Source of the DNA: Candidatus Coprenecus stercoripullorum
Lineage (GTDB): Bacteria; Bacteroidota; Bacteroidia; Bacteroidales; UBA932
Assembly (NCBI GenBank): GCA_018715745.1
Contig: DVLA01000059.1
Location: 6,722 to 70,721 of the forward strand
DNA length: 64,000 nt
Direction of reading: 5' to 3'
The translations under genes were made by a program, and so were the position numbers. This document shows, piece after piece, positions 29,604 to 38,858 of the stretch (positions are counted from its first letter, which is position 1; the number at the start of each line of letters is the position of its first letter). The notes under the pieces were generated by a model. It saw only the letters and a list, made by a program, of their open reading frames with translations, made no database searches and was not told the DNA's origin.

Positions 29604-29613
29604 CCGTGCGACT

Positions 29614-30645
29614 TTAAAGGCGTTTTCCTGAAAACAATGTATAGAGGGCAAGTTTAAACAGCATCCTGGCTCCGACATTGGCATCCCACTCGTCCCTGCC
29701 GGAAGGCGCCACCTCGCACAGGTCGAACCCTATAATCCTCTTTCCCGACACAGCAAGCAGGAACAGGAGATAGTCCGCCTGGGAAAAACTCAGGCCTCCG
29801 GGGACGGGAGTCCCGGTAGAAGGGCAGTATTCGGGCGAAAGGCCGTCGATATCGAAACTTATATGTACGTTTTCCGGCAGGGACTCTATTATCTGACCGC
29901 ATATTTTCCTCCACGTCCGGCCGTCGAACATGGCTTCCTTAATGGCACGGTCCGAAAACATCCCCACCCTGTCGGAAGAAACGGCAAGCTCGTGTTCCGA
30001 ACGGCAATAGTCCCTTATCCCCACCTGCACTATCCTGGACACCTCCGGAATCCCTTCAAGGGCATTGTACATAATAGAGGCATGGGAATAGCGGAACCCT
30101 TCGTAGGCTTTCCGCAAATCGGCATGGGCATCTATGTGCAGTATGCCGAACCCTCCGAAAGCCTCGGCCTCGGCCCTGAACAGACCGAGCGGCACACTGT
30201 GGTCCCCGCCGATTACTGCCACGGTCTTGCCCCTGGAAAGATATTCGGAAGATGTTCCGTATACATGGGAGTTCATCCTCTCGGAAGCCTCGTTCACCTT
30301 GGCTGCCAGAGCCTCCAGCCTGTCCTGCGGAACTCCTGCGGCCAACTCTCCGATAACCTTTTCCGCCGCTTTGCGCGCCTGTTCCCCGTCCTTCCTGAGA
30401 GCCGCATCGCAAGGCAGCGCGGCTGCGGACATTTCCCATGCCCGAGGTATCCTCTCGTCGAACAGGTCTATCTGCAGTGATGCCTCCAGCATGGCCTCCG
30501 GGCCATCGGCAGTGCCTTTCCCGTAAGAGACCGTAGCGTCCCACGGCACCGGCAGGAATATCAGGGAAGCCTCGTCGGGAGTGACCGGAAGTCCGAAATA
30601 GTTGCCGTTGGCTATCCCTACGCTGTCAGGATCGAAAAACTCCAT
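29614..30645 (-). CDS. arginase/agmatinase/formimidoylglutamase-family ureohydrolase
   Basis: 343 aa with Mn-binding motifs of the arginase fold (IGGDHSV, HIDAHADL, SFDIDGLSP). Substrate specificity cannot be assigned by eye. Confidence 0.85.
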   Translation of the reverse strand: MEFFDPDSVGIANGNYFGLPVTPDEASLIFLPVPWDATVSYGKGTADGPEAMLEASLQIDLFDERIPRAWEMSAAALPCDAALRKDGEQARKAAEKVIGELAAGVPQDRLEALAAKVNEASERMNSHVYGTSSEYLSRGKTVAVIGGDHSVPLGLFRAEAEAFGGFGILHIDAHADLRKAYEGFRYSHASIMYNALEGIPEVSRIVQVGIRDYCRSEHELAVSSDRVGMFSDRAIKEAMFDGRTWRKICGQIIESLPENVHISFDIDGLSPEYCPSTGTPVPGGLSFSQADYLLFLLAVSGKRIIGFDLCEVAPSGRDEWDANVGARMLFKLALYTLFSGKRL

Positions 30646-31616
30646 CAGCCTATGCCCTCCCGCATAATGTCGTGAATATGTATGAGCCCGATATAACTAC
30701 CGTCACGGAGCACGACTACCGAAGTTATGTTGTTCTTTTCCATCATCCTGAGTGCGTCGACCGCCAATGCCCCCATGTCCACTGTCTTCGGATGCCTCGA
30801 CATGATATCGCCGGCTTTCAGGACATTGATATCCATTCCCCTCTCTACCATACGCCTTACATCCCCGTCAGTTATTATCCCTTTCAGGGAACCGTCATCG
30901 CCCAGGACAGCCGTAGCGCCAAGCCTGTGGGACGATATGGTGATAAGCACATTCTGAATGTTCTCGTTTTCTCTCACCCACGGCCTGTTGGTCTTGTCGA
31001 AAACATCTTCAACCCTCATATACAACTGTTTCCCAAGCGAGCCCCCAGGATGAAACCTGCCGAAATCTTCGGCAGTAAAATTCTTAAGGGCCGACAGGCA
31101 TACCGCAATGGCGTCGCCTGCAGCCATCTGCACTGTCGTACTTGTCGTAGGGGCCAGATTATTCGGGCATGCCTCCCTTTCTACCGGGACATATATGCAG
31201 TAATCGGCATGGAGCGCCAGAAAGGAATCCTTGTTTGACACCATTGCAGCCACGGTATTCCCCATTTTCTTCACAAAAGGGAACAGACGCTTTATCTCGG
31301 GAGTATTCCCGCTCTTGGATATGAACATGACCATGTCGTCCTTCCTGATCATGCCCATGTCCCCATGCACCGCATCGGCAGAATGGAGGAATATGGCCGG
31401 GGTACCCGTAGAATTGAGGGTGGCTACCATCTTCTGGGCGACTATCGCGCTCTTGCCTACCCCCGAAACAATCAGCCGTCCGGGGCAACGGCAGATCCTG
31501 TCCACGACCTCTACGAACACATCATCTATCATCCCGGCAAAGGAATCGACGGCCGCCGCCTCCGTTTTCAAGGTCTCAACGGCCGCCCGCTTTATATTTT
31601 CTGCATTATCCAGCAT
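30645..31616 (-). CDS. kpsF: KpsF/GutQ-family arabinose-5-phosphate isomerase
   Basis: SIS domain (GRLIVSGVGKSA) followed by a CBS pair. The start was chosen at Met39 of the ORF (31616), giving a family-typical 323 aa. Met28 (31649) is an alternative. Confidence 0.85.
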   Translation of the reverse strand: MLDNAENIKRAAVETLKTEAAAVDSFAGMIDDVFVEVVDRICRCPGRLIVSGVGKSAIVAQKMVATLNSTGTPAIFLHSADAVHGDMGMIRKDDMVMFISKSGNTPEIKRLFPFVKKMGNTVAAMVSNKDSFLALHADYCIYVPVEREACPNNLAPTTSTTVQMAAGDAIAVCLSALKNFTAEDFGRFHPGGSLGKQLYMRVEDVFDKTNRPWVRENENIQNVLITISSHRLGATAVLGDDGSLKGIITDGDVRRMVERGMDINVLKAGDIMSRHPKTVDMGALAVDALRMMEKNNITSVVVLRDGSYIGLIHIHDIMREGIG

Positions 31617-31689
31617 AAATCCAATTAATTTTTCACATCTCCGCCGCATTTTTTTTGCAGAGATTAAAGTTATCGGTAACTTAGAGGCA

Positions 31690-31697
31690 CAAAAGTA
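31690..31697 (-). promoter_or_regulatory. possible -7 box (TACTTTTG) for kpsF in the kpsF/recQ divergent region
   Basis: Reverse-strand TACTTTTG matches TAnnTTTG, about 70 nt upstream of the preferred kpsF start. Confidence 0.3.
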
Positions 31698-31703
31698 ATA
31701 AAT

Positions 31704-33911
31704 ATGAAGATTAGTTCGGAAGAATTGCACCGTAAATTAAAGGAGTTTTTCGGCTTCGACACTTTTAAAGGCCAGCAGGAGCAGATTATACAGAACCTCA
31801 TAGCGGGCAACGACACATTCGTCCTGATGCCTACAGGTGGGGGCAAATCCCTGTGCTACCAGCTGCCGGCCCTTGTAATGCCCGGTACGGCAATTGTCAT
31901 ATCCCCCCTCATAGCCCTCATGAAAAACCAGGTGGATGCAATCAGGGGGTTTATCTCCGACTGCGAAGGCATAGCGCATTTTCTGAACTCATCACTGAAC
32001 AAAACGCAGATACAGGAAGTTAAGGACGACCTGGTCTCGGGCATTACCAAACTGCTGTATGTCGCCCCCGAGTCCTTGACAAAAGAGGAGAACATACAGT
32101 TTCTCAAGACGCTCGGCATATCCTTCTATGCAATAGACGAGGCGCACTGCATTTCGGAATGGGGACATGATTTCCGGCCTGAATACCGGAGGATACACGA
32201 AATCACAGAAGAAATAGGGAAGGCGCCGATAATAGCGCTTACAGCCACAGCAACTCCCAAAGTGCAGGCCGACATACAAAGGAACCTGCAAATGGAAAAC
32301 GCCGTGGTCTTCAAAAGTTCATTCAACCGCCCCAACCTCTATTATGAGGTATGCGACAAATCCAACATAAAGAAAGACATTATAAAATTCATAAAACAGA
32401 ACCAGGGCAAATCCGGCATAATCTACTGTCTCAGCCGCAAGAAAGTGGAGGAAATTGCGGAATTCCTGAATGTAAACGGAATAAAGGCCCTGCCATACCA
32501 TGCAGGCATGGATTCGGCCACAAGGTCGAAGAACCAGGACATGTTCCTCATGGAGGAAGTTGACGTCATTGTAGCCACAATCGCCTTCGGGATGGGCATA
32601 GACAAGCCCGATGTAAGGTTCGTAATCCACTACGACATTCCGAAAAGCCTCGAAGGGTACTACCAGGAAACGGGAAGGGCAGGAAGAGACGGACAGGAAG
32701 GCAAATGCATAGCGTTCTACAGCCACAAGGACATAATAAAGCTGGAAAAGTTCATGCAGGGCAAACCCGTATCCGAACAGGAAATAGGTAAACAGCTGCT
32801 GCTCGAGATAGAAGCCTACGCGGAATCGAACAGATGCCGCAGAAAACTATTGCTCAACTATTTCGGTGAAGACTATCCGCAGGACAACTGCGGCAGTTGC
32901 GATAACTGCATCCATCCCAAGAAAATGTTCGACGGGAAAGAGGAGATGGCCACGGTAATAGAGCTTATCGCCTCCATGAAAGAGCATTTCAAGGCCGAAC
33001 ACCTGGCCAACATACTTGCCGGAGAGTCCAATTCCATCATAAAATCGTACCGGCACCATCTGAGCGAATTTTTCGGGATAGGCAGGGAGAAGGGGGCGAA
33101 ATACTGGAACGCCATAATCCGCCAGGGGCTTATCCTGCATCTGCTGGACAAGGACATAGAAAAATACGGGCTCATATCCGTCACCAAGGAAGGGTACGCT
33201 TTTCTGGAAAGCCCCTACACCATAATGCTTACCGAAGACAGGGAGTTCACGGACAGCGACGATGATGACGATGAGGTATCCGTAGTCGGCAGCCCCAGGC
33301 ATTCCGCCGGAGGGGGAGGCGACCCGGTACTGCTGTCCATGCTGAAGGACGTGCGCAGGGACATAGCCAAAAAACTGAAGCTCCCTTCATTCGTAATATT
33401 TTCCGATCCGTCCTTGGAGGACATGTCCATCCAGTATCCGATGAATATAGACGAATTGAAGAACTGCCAGGGCGTAGGCGAAGGAAAGGCGAGGAAATAC
33501 GGCAGGGAATTTCTCGATCTTATCTCGAAGTACGTGGAAGAGAACGATATTCAAAGGCCGGAAGACCTTGTGGTCAAGTCCGTACCGAACAAATCCGCCA
33601 ACAAGGTCTATATCATTCAGAAAATAGACATGAAAGTGTCCCTGGACGACATTGCGGAGGACAAGGACCTTACCCCCAATGAACTTCTCGAGGAAATCGA
33701 GGCCATCGTAGACTCCGGGACAAAAATCAATATCGACTACTATATAAACCAGACAATAGATGAAGAAAAAGTAGCCGACATATACGACTACTTCAAAAAC
33801 GAAGCCGAGACCGATTCCGTCGCCGAGGCCGTCAGGGAACTCGGGCCGGACTATCAGGAGGAGGACATACGGCTGGTGCGCATAAAATTCCTTTCCGACC
33901 TGGCAAACTGA
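31704..33911 (+). CDS. recQ: ATP-dependent DNA helicase RecQ
   Basis: 735 aa with helicase motifs (PTGGGKSLCYQLP, AIDEAHCISEWGHDFRPEY), a Zn-binding RQC region (C..C..C..C) and a C-terminal HRDC domain. Confidence 0.95.
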   Translation: MKISSEELHRKLKEFFGFDTFKGQQEQIIQNLIAGNDTFVLMPTGGGKSLCYQLPALVMPGTAIVISPLIALMKNQVDAIRGFISDCEGIAHFLNSSLNKTQIQEVKDDLVSGITKLLYVAPESLTKEENIQFLKTLGISFYAIDEAHCISEWGHDFRPEYRRIHEITEEIGKAPIIALTATATPKVQADIQRNLQMENAVVFKSSFNRPNLYYEVCDKSNIKKDIIKFIKQNQGKSGIIYCLSRKKVEEIAEFLNVNGIKALPYHAGMDSATRSKNQDMFLMEEVDVIVATIAFGMGIDKPDVRFVIHYDIPKSLEGYYQETGRAGRDGQEGKCIAFYSHKDIIKLEKFMQGKPVSEQEIGKQLLLEIEAYAESNRCRRKLLLNYFGEDYPQDNCGSCDNCIHPKKMFDGKEEMATVIELIASMKEHFKAEHLANILAGESNSIIKSYRHHLSEFFGIGREKGAKYWNAIIRQGLILHLLDKDIEKYGLISVTKEGYAFLESPYTIMLTEDREFTDSDDDDDEVSVVGSPRHSAGGGGDPVLLSMLKDVRRDIAKKLKLPSFVIFSDPSLEDMSIQYPMNIDELKNCQGVGEGKARKYGREFLDLISKYVEENDIQRPEDLVVKSVPNKSANKVYIIQKIDMKVSLDDIAEDKDLTPNELLEEIEAIVDSGTKINIDYYINQTIDEEKVADIYDYFKNEAETDSVAEAVRELGPDYQEEDIRLVRIKFLSDLAN

Positions 33912-33918
33912 ATTTCAT

Positions 33919-33932
33919 GGCCGCCAGCGGCC
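33919..33932. terminator. short GC hairpin between convergent recQ and the nucleotidyltransferase gene
   Basis: GGCCGC-CA-GCGGCC is a perfect 6-bp inverted repeat in the 32-nt convergent gap. It has no clear U-tract, so this is weak. Confidence 0.3.
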
Positions 33933-33943
33933 GTCACCGCCCC

Positions 33944-34870
33944 CTATTCCCAAAGGCGTTCAGGATATATTCCCTCGTCTATAAGTCGGCGTATGCGCCC
34001 TACGACATAAGGGCGGTCTTCCTTGTAGGTAACACCGAACCATTGCGCATCGCTCTCTAAGACCTTGAGAGTGGCCTTGTGCTCATTTATAAGGGTGTTT
34101 ACAGCCAGTGGAATGAAAAATTCCGACTTGGGATTCGACATGTTTGCCGGGTCTGACAGGAACTGCCTGAAAAGCCTTTCGGCCTCAAGGAAAAAGTCCT
34201 GCGTAAAACCGAAAAGGTTCATCGAAACCGTAGTATCCTCCCCGAGTGCATGCTGTCCTGAGTTATCCCTGTAGACAATACGGCCGTCATCTGTACGTTC
34301 TATCGCCGTACGCTCCACTATGGACTCAAGATTTCCGTTCCGGTCGACCCTGCATTCCCCACGCGATACCGTCCCGTAATCGGAAAGGGTATTCCTGAGG
34401 CTGTAGCCCACCATGGAGTACATGCCTTTCCTCCCCTCGGTTTTCCGAAGATAGTCCGCAAGTACGAAATAGCCGTCACGGCCATAAAAATCATCCGAGT
34501 TTATCACGGCGAAAGGAGTATCGACCACCGGGGCCGCCATCATTACCGCATGGCACGTCCCCCATGGCTTTGTCCTGCCCTCGGGAACCTTAAAGCCTTC
34601 GGGTAACGAGTCAAGTTCCTGAAAAACAAACTCCGTCTCCACTTTCCCGCCGAAATGGGCGGAGGAAAAGACTTCCTTGAATTCCTTTTCGAAAGAATGC
34701 CTTATTATAAATACGACTTTGCCGAAACCGGCCCTGAGTGCGTCGTATATAGAATAATCGATGATAGCCTCGTTATTTGGCCCGACGCCGTCCATCTGTT
34801 TCAGGGAACCGTAACGGGAGCCCATGCCGGCAGCCAGAACGACTAATGTAGGTTTCATAATTTTATTCAA
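33944..34870 (-). CDS. sugar-phosphate nucleotidyltransferase family protein
   Basis: 308 aa with an N-terminal NTP-transferase G-rich loop (VVLAAGMGSRYG.LKQ). The start could be Met5 (34858). Confidence 0.75.
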   Translation of the reverse strand: MNKIMKPTLVVLAAGMGSRYGSLKQMDGVGPNNEAIIDYSIYDALRAGFGKVVFIIRHSFEKEFKEVFSSAHFGGKVETEFVFQELDSLPEGFKVPEGRTKPWGTCHAVMMAAPVVDTPFAVINSDDFYGRDGYFVLADYLRKTEGRKGMYSMVGYSLRNTLSDYGTVSRGECRVDRNGNLESIVERTAIERTDDGRIVYRDNSGQHALGEDTTVSMNLFGFTQDFFLEAERLFRQFLSDPANMSNPKSEFFIPLAVNTLINEHKATLKVLESDAQWFGVTYKEDRPYVVGRIRRLIDEGIYPERLWE

Positions 34871-34892
34871 GTTAGTTTCAATTTACCGATAT

Positions 34893-34926
34893 CAAAAGGG
34901 GCCGCCATCACCGTGACAGCCCCTTG
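34893..34926 (-). terminator. candidate intrinsic terminator downstream of the DUF1015 gene
   Basis: The reverse strand reads CAAGGGGCTGTCACGGTGATGGCGGCCCCTTTTG. This gives a 12-bp stem (2 G-U pairs), a 6-nt loop and a T-run, 24 nt after the stop. Confidence 0.5.
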
Positions 34927-34949
34927 CCAGCGGTTATCCGCCGCATGCA

Positions 34950-36191
34950 TCAACTGAGCTTGTGGATAGCCAGACCGCTTCTGAGCTTGGGTTCAAACCA
35001 TGTGGTCTTCGGCGGCATTATATTGCCGGTATCGGCTATTCTTATAAGCTGCTTCATGGACACCGGGTAAAGGGCGAAGGCGGCAGCCATCTCGCCGGAG
35101 TCCACCCTCTTCTTCAATTCGCCGAGTCCCCTTATGCCTCCTACGAAATCAATCCGTTTGGAAGTACGCAGATCCTTTATGTCAAGCAGCTTGTCGAAAA
35201 TAAGGTTGGAACAGATGGTAACATCGAGCCCGCCTATGGGGTCATTGTCATCATATGTGCCTTTCCTGGCCGTCATGGAATACCAGTGGCCGCCAAGGTA
35301 CATGGAGAAATTATGCAGATTCCTGGGCTTGTATATTTCCCCGCCCATGTCCTTTATCTCGAAATCTTCAGAGAGCCTCTTGAGGAACTCTTCGGGAGTC
35401 ATGCCGTTAAGATCCTTCACTACGCGGTTGTAGTCGATAATCTTAAGGTGGCTCTCGGGAAATACCACGGCCATGAAATAATTATATTCCTCATCACCGC
35501 GATGGTTCGGATTCTGACGGCGTTTTTCCTCGCCTACGAGAGCAGCTGCGGCAGTCCTGTGATGCCCGTCCGCCACATAGAATGCGGGAATTGTCGCGAA
35601 TATTTCGGTTATTCTCTTTATGTCCTCATCCTTGTCGATTACCCAGAAATGATGTCCGAAGCCGTCATCTTCGGCAACGAAATCATACTCCGGAGTCTTC
35701 GAGGTATAGCGGGCTACTATGGCATTTATCTCGGTATTGTCGGGATAAGCGAAAAATACAGGCTCGATGTTGGCATTCTGGATACGCACATGTATCATGC
35801 GGTCCTCCTCCTTGTCCTTGCGGGTAAGTTCATGCTTCTTTATCTTGCCCGTAAGATAATCGTCAACATTGGCGCAAAGGACGATGCCGTACTGCGTACG
35901 TCCGTTCATGGTCTGGGCGTAAACGTAATAGCATTCCTTCTTGTCCTGAACGAGCCAGCCCTTTTCCTGCCATTTCCTGAAATTCTCGACAGCCTTGTCG
36001 TATGCCGGCTGGGAATGTTCGTCGATTATGGGGTCGAAGTCTATCTCGGGCTTGGTAATATGCAGAAGAGACTTCTCGCCGGCCTCAGCCTTGGCTTCCT
36101 GTGAGTTGAGCACATCATAGGGACGCGCCGCGACTTCCTTGACAATGGCCTTCGGAGGTCGGATAGCTGCAAAGGGTTTTACTTTTACCAT
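34950..36191 (-). CDS. DUF1015 family protein
   Basis: 413 aa with N-terminus MVKVKPFAAIRP and the internal ADGHHR motif, as I recall for DUF1015. Confidence 0.8.
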   Translation of the reverse strand: MVKVKPFAAIRPPKAIVKEVAARPYDVLNSQEAKAEAGEKSLLHITKPEIDFDPIIDEHSQPAYDKAVENFRKWQEKGWLVQDKKECYYVYAQTMNGRTQYGIVLCANVDDYLTGKIKKHELTRKDKEEDRMIHVRIQNANIEPVFFAYPDNTEINAIVARYTSKTPEYDFVAEDDGFGHHFWVIDKDEDIKRITEIFATIPAFYVADGHHRTAAAALVGEEKRRQNPNHRGDEEYNYFMAVVFPESHLKIIDYNRVVKDLNGMTPEEFLKRLSEDFEIKDMGGEIYKPRNLHNFSMYLGGHWYSMTARKGTYDDNDPIGGLDVTICSNLIFDKLLDIKDLRTSKRIDFVGGIRGLGELKKRVDSGEMAAAFALYPVSMKQLIRIADTGNIMPPKTTWFEPKLRSGLAIHKLS

Positions 36192-36207
36192 ATACTGTCC
36201 CTCCCTG

Positions 36208-37128
36208 CTATTTGTTTACCTGGAATTTCCTGTTCCCGGTAGCGAAGAAATCGCATATCTGGCTTGCAGCGGCAACACCGGCATTGACATTGGCCTCGGC
36301 TGTCTCCGCGCCCATCTTCTTGGGGGTCGCGAACACCCTCTTACCGAATTTCTCGTTGAGTTCGGCCTGGTTAGAGGCGGCTATATCGGTGATGTACTTC
36401 AGGTCCTGCCTCTCCTCAAGCACCTTTACAAGTTCAGGCTCGTTGATGACTTCCTTGCGGGCGGTATTCACGAGGCATCCGCCCTTTGGCATCTTCGACA
36501 GAAGGGCGTAGCCGATGGAATTCTTTGTTTCGTTAGTAGCCGGGATATGCAGGGAAACGAAGTCGCTCTTGGCATACAGGTCTTCAAGGGAAGCGGCAAC
36601 TTCCACTCCGTCGGCCTGAATCCTGTCGGCTGGAACAAACGGGTCAAAAGCCATAATCTTCATGCCAAAACTCTTGGCATGCGCTGCCACCAGACGCCCG
36701 ACATTGCCGTAAGCCTGAATACCGAGGGTCTTGCCCTTAAGTTCGGAGCCGGTACCGGGGGTGAACTGGTTGCGTGAGATGTATATCATGAATCCTATCG
36801 CAAGTTCCGCAACGGCATTGGAATTCTGGCCCGGCGTATTCATTGCGACGATTCCCCTCTCCGTACATGCGGCCAGGTCGAGATTGTCATAGCCCGCACC
36901 TGCGCGCACCACGATTTTCAGCTTGGGAGCTGCAGCGATAACCTCCCTGGTAACCTTGTCCGAACGGACGATAAGCGCATCCGCATCCGCAACTGCGGCA
37001 TACAGTTCCTTTACATCAGTATATTTTTCGAGAGTTGCAAGTTCATGCCCGCCCTTCTCCACAATCCCGCGGATCTGGTCGACAGCCACCTTTGAAAAAG
37101 GTTTCTCGGTTGCTACTAATACTTTCAT
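36208..37128 (-). CDS. serA: D-3-phosphoglycerate dehydrogenase (short, 2-hydroxyacid dehydrogenase family)
   Basis: 306 aa with the NAD-binding loop GIQAYGNVG, and catalytic R/E/H context of D-2-hydroxyacid dehydrogenases. It is adjacent to serC. Confidence 0.85.
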   Translation of the reverse strand: MKVLVATEKPFSKVAVDQIRGIVEKGGHELATLEKYTDVKELYAAVADADALIVRSDKVTREVIAAAPKLKIVVRAGAGYDNLDLAACTERGIVAMNTPGQNSNAVAELAIGFMIYISRNQFTPGTGSELKGKTLGIQAYGNVGRLVAAHAKSFGMKIMAFDPFVPADRIQADGVEVAASLEDLYAKSDFVSLHIPATNETKNSIGYALLSKMPKGGCLVNTARKEVINEPELVKVLEERQDLKYITDIAASNQAELNEKFGKRVFATPKKMGAETAEANVNAGVAAASQICDFFATGNRKFQVNK

Positions 37129-37166
37129 TGCAAATATTTTATAAATCGTTAAACTATATCTGTGCT

Positions 37167-37194
37167 AAAATATAAGGGCAAGCCCCGGCTGCCC
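37167..37194 (-). terminator. candidate intrinsic terminator between serC and serA
   Basis: The reverse strand reads GGGCAGCCGGGGCTTGCCC, a 6-bp stem including one G-U pair, followed by TTATATTTT. It lies 40 nt after the serC stop. Confidence 0.45.
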
Positions 37195-37233
37195 GGATAT
37201 GAACCGGACAAGTACCGAGGCTGCCGGTATCGT

Positions 37234-38307
37234 TTATTTATGCATCCTTTCGAATTCCTGCATGCAGGCTATAAGGGCCTCTACCGCCTCAATGGGGCAG
37301 GCATTATAGATGGAAGCGCGGAAACCGCCTACCGAACGGTGTCCCTTGATGCCTACCATACCTTTTTCCTTTGCAAAGGCGAGGAACTCGTCCTGAAGAT
37401 CTTCATGCCCGGGAGCCATGACGAAGCATACGTTCATCAGCGAACGGTCTTCCTTGGCTGCCGTACCTACGAAAAGCGGATTGCGGTCAATCTCATCGTA
37501 AAGCATTTTAGCCTTCTTCTTGTTAAGCTCGTACATGGCGGCAACGCCACCCTGTGCCTTAACCCATTTCAAGGTTTCGGTCATTACGAAGATAGAGAAT
37601 ACGGGAGGCGTATTGAACATGGATGCCCCTTCGATATGGGTCCTGTAATCGAGCATCGTGGGCAGATAGCGCGATACCTTGCCGAGAATCTCGTCCTTGA
37701 CAATGACGAATACTACGCCGGCAGGGCCTACATTCTTCTGTGCGCCACCATAGATAAGGGCATACTTGGAAACATCGACGGGACGGCTCATTATGTCGGA
37801 AGACATATCGGCTACAAGAGGCACGGGGCAATCCATGTCTTCATGAATCTCCGTACCTTTTATAGTATTGTTGGTCGTAATGTGGAAATAGTCGAGATCG
37901 GAAGGAATCTCGTAGCCCTTGGGAATATAGGTATAGTTCTTATCCGCAGAGGAAGCCACTGCGTATGCGTTGCCTATTCCCTTGGCCTCTTTCAGGGCCT
38001 TCTTCGCCCACACGCCTGTTTCCAGGTATCCGGCCTTGTTCTCAAGAAGGTTCATGGCCACATAGAGGAACTGGAGGGATGCACCTCCGCCGAGGAAAAG
38101 GACGCTGTATCCGTCAGGGATATTCAGAAGTTCTTTCCAGAGGGCGCGGCACTCGTCCATTACCGCTTCCCACTCCTTGCTTCTGTGAGACACTTCTATT
38201 ACGGACATTCCCGTTCCCTTGAAATCCTTAAGGGCTTCGATAGCCGCTTCGATAGCCGGTTTGGGCAATACGCAGGGACCGGCATTGAAATTATAAGCTT
38301 TTTTCAT
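37234..38307 (-). CDS. serC: phosphoserine aminotransferase
   Basis: The start was moved to Met28 of the ORF ([15 protein letters not shown]), the typical SerC N-terminus. PLP-fold class V aminotransferase, 357 aa. Confidence 0.93.
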   Translation of the reverse strand: MKKAYNFNAGPCVLPKPAIEAAIEALKDFKGTGMSVIEVSHRSKEWEAVMDECRALWKELLNIPDGYSVLFLGGGASLQFLYVAMNLLENKAGYLETGVWAKKALKEAKGIGNAYAVASSADKNYTYIPKGYEIPSDLDYFHITTNNTIKGTEIHEDMDCPVPLVADMSSDIMSRPVDVSKYALIYGGAQKNVGPAGVVFVIVKDEILGKVSRYLPTMLDYRTHIEGASMFNTPPVFSIFVMTETLKWVKAQGGVAAMYELNKKKAKMLYDEIDRNPLFVGTAAKEDRSLMNVCFVMAPGHEDLQDEFLAFAKEKGMVGIKGHRSVGGFRASIYNACPIEAVEALIACMQEFERMHK

Positions 38308-38352
38308 GTTGTATAAATTAAATAAATGGTTATTAATTTCTAAATCAAACCC

Positions 38353-38360
38353 CAAAGTTA
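38353..38360 (-). promoter_or_regulatory. candidate -7 box (TAACTTTG) for serC
   Basis: Reverse-strand TAACTTTG lies 45 nt upstream of the serC ATG and 9 nt after the pyrI stop. Confidence 0.45.
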
Positions 38361-38368
38361 TAAAATAT

Positions 38369-38845
38369 TTATGACTTGCTGCCTGCAATCTTCATATTCC
38401 TGCTGTCAGTGACCTTCTCGCAGTATTCGCACCGCAGGGAGACCTCCCCTCCCTTTATGATTGTCCTGAAACGGGTGTCCACATTCTCATGATTGGTAAC
38501 GCACATCGGATTTATGCATCTGACAATCGAACATATCGTCTCAGGAATGGTCAGGCGCCTCTTCTCGATAACCTCAAAATCCCGTATAATGTTGACACTG
38601 GCATTCGGGGCTATAAGGGCAAGTGCATTGAGTTCCTCGTCCCTGAAAAACCGGCCGGACATCTTGATTATGCCCTTTTTCCCCATTGACCTGCTGTCAA
38701 GGTTGATTCCTACCGTAACAGGGTGCGGGGACGAATACAGGTCCAGAATATCCATTATCCTGAACACCTGGTCGCTCGGCAGGTGATCCAGGACTGTCCC
38801 GTTTTTGATAGCATTGACTTTAAGCTGTTTCTCCGTATTTCCCAT
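38369..38845 (-). CDS. pyrI: aspartate carbamoyltransferase regulatory subunit
   Basis: The start was moved to Met32 of the ORF ([21 protein letters not shown]). The zinc domain has C..C ... C..C ([11 protein letters not shown] ... RCEYCEK). 158 aa. Confidence 0.9.
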   Translation of the reverse strand: MGNTEKQLKVNAIKNGTVLDHLPSDQVFRIMDILDLYSSPHPVTVGINLDSRSMGKKGIIKMSGRFFRDEELNALALIAPNASVNIIRDFEVIEKRRLTIPETICSIVRCINPMCVTNHENVDTRFRTIIKGGEVSLRCEYCEKVTDSRNMKIAGSKS

Positions 38846-38858
38846 AACAACCTCCTTT

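Noticed and set aside
29365-29684. The N-terminal 19-codon extension of the nhaA ORF (to 29421), and the 62-aa ORF 29496..29684
   Set aside because: Both are encoded by the tandem-repeat DNA. The nhaA extension lies upstream of a perfect -7 box, and NhaA-like sequence starts only after the Met at 29364. The 62-aa ORF is simply the repeat read in one frame.
29614-30645. Calling the arginase-fold gene hutG (formimidoylglutamase) to complete the hut pathway
   Set aside because: It lies 22 kb from the hut cluster, which already encodes the FtcD route for formiminoglutamate. The Mn motifs are shared by agmatinase, arginase and HutG, so specificity cannot be assigned by eye.
37162-38316. 384-aa plus-strand ORF mirroring serC (same length as the serC ORF). 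Similar long antisense or alternative-frame ORFs occur at 34962..36104, 12445..13278, 14934..15824, 16187..17092, 23108..23998, 62187..62993, 52775..53521, 59040..59759 and 3253..4125.
   Set aside because: Each lies opposite a gene with unambiguous conserved motifs. The shadow ORFs have skewed His/Arg/Gly/Tyr-rich composition and no recognisable domains. Long stop-free antisense frames are expected at this GC content.
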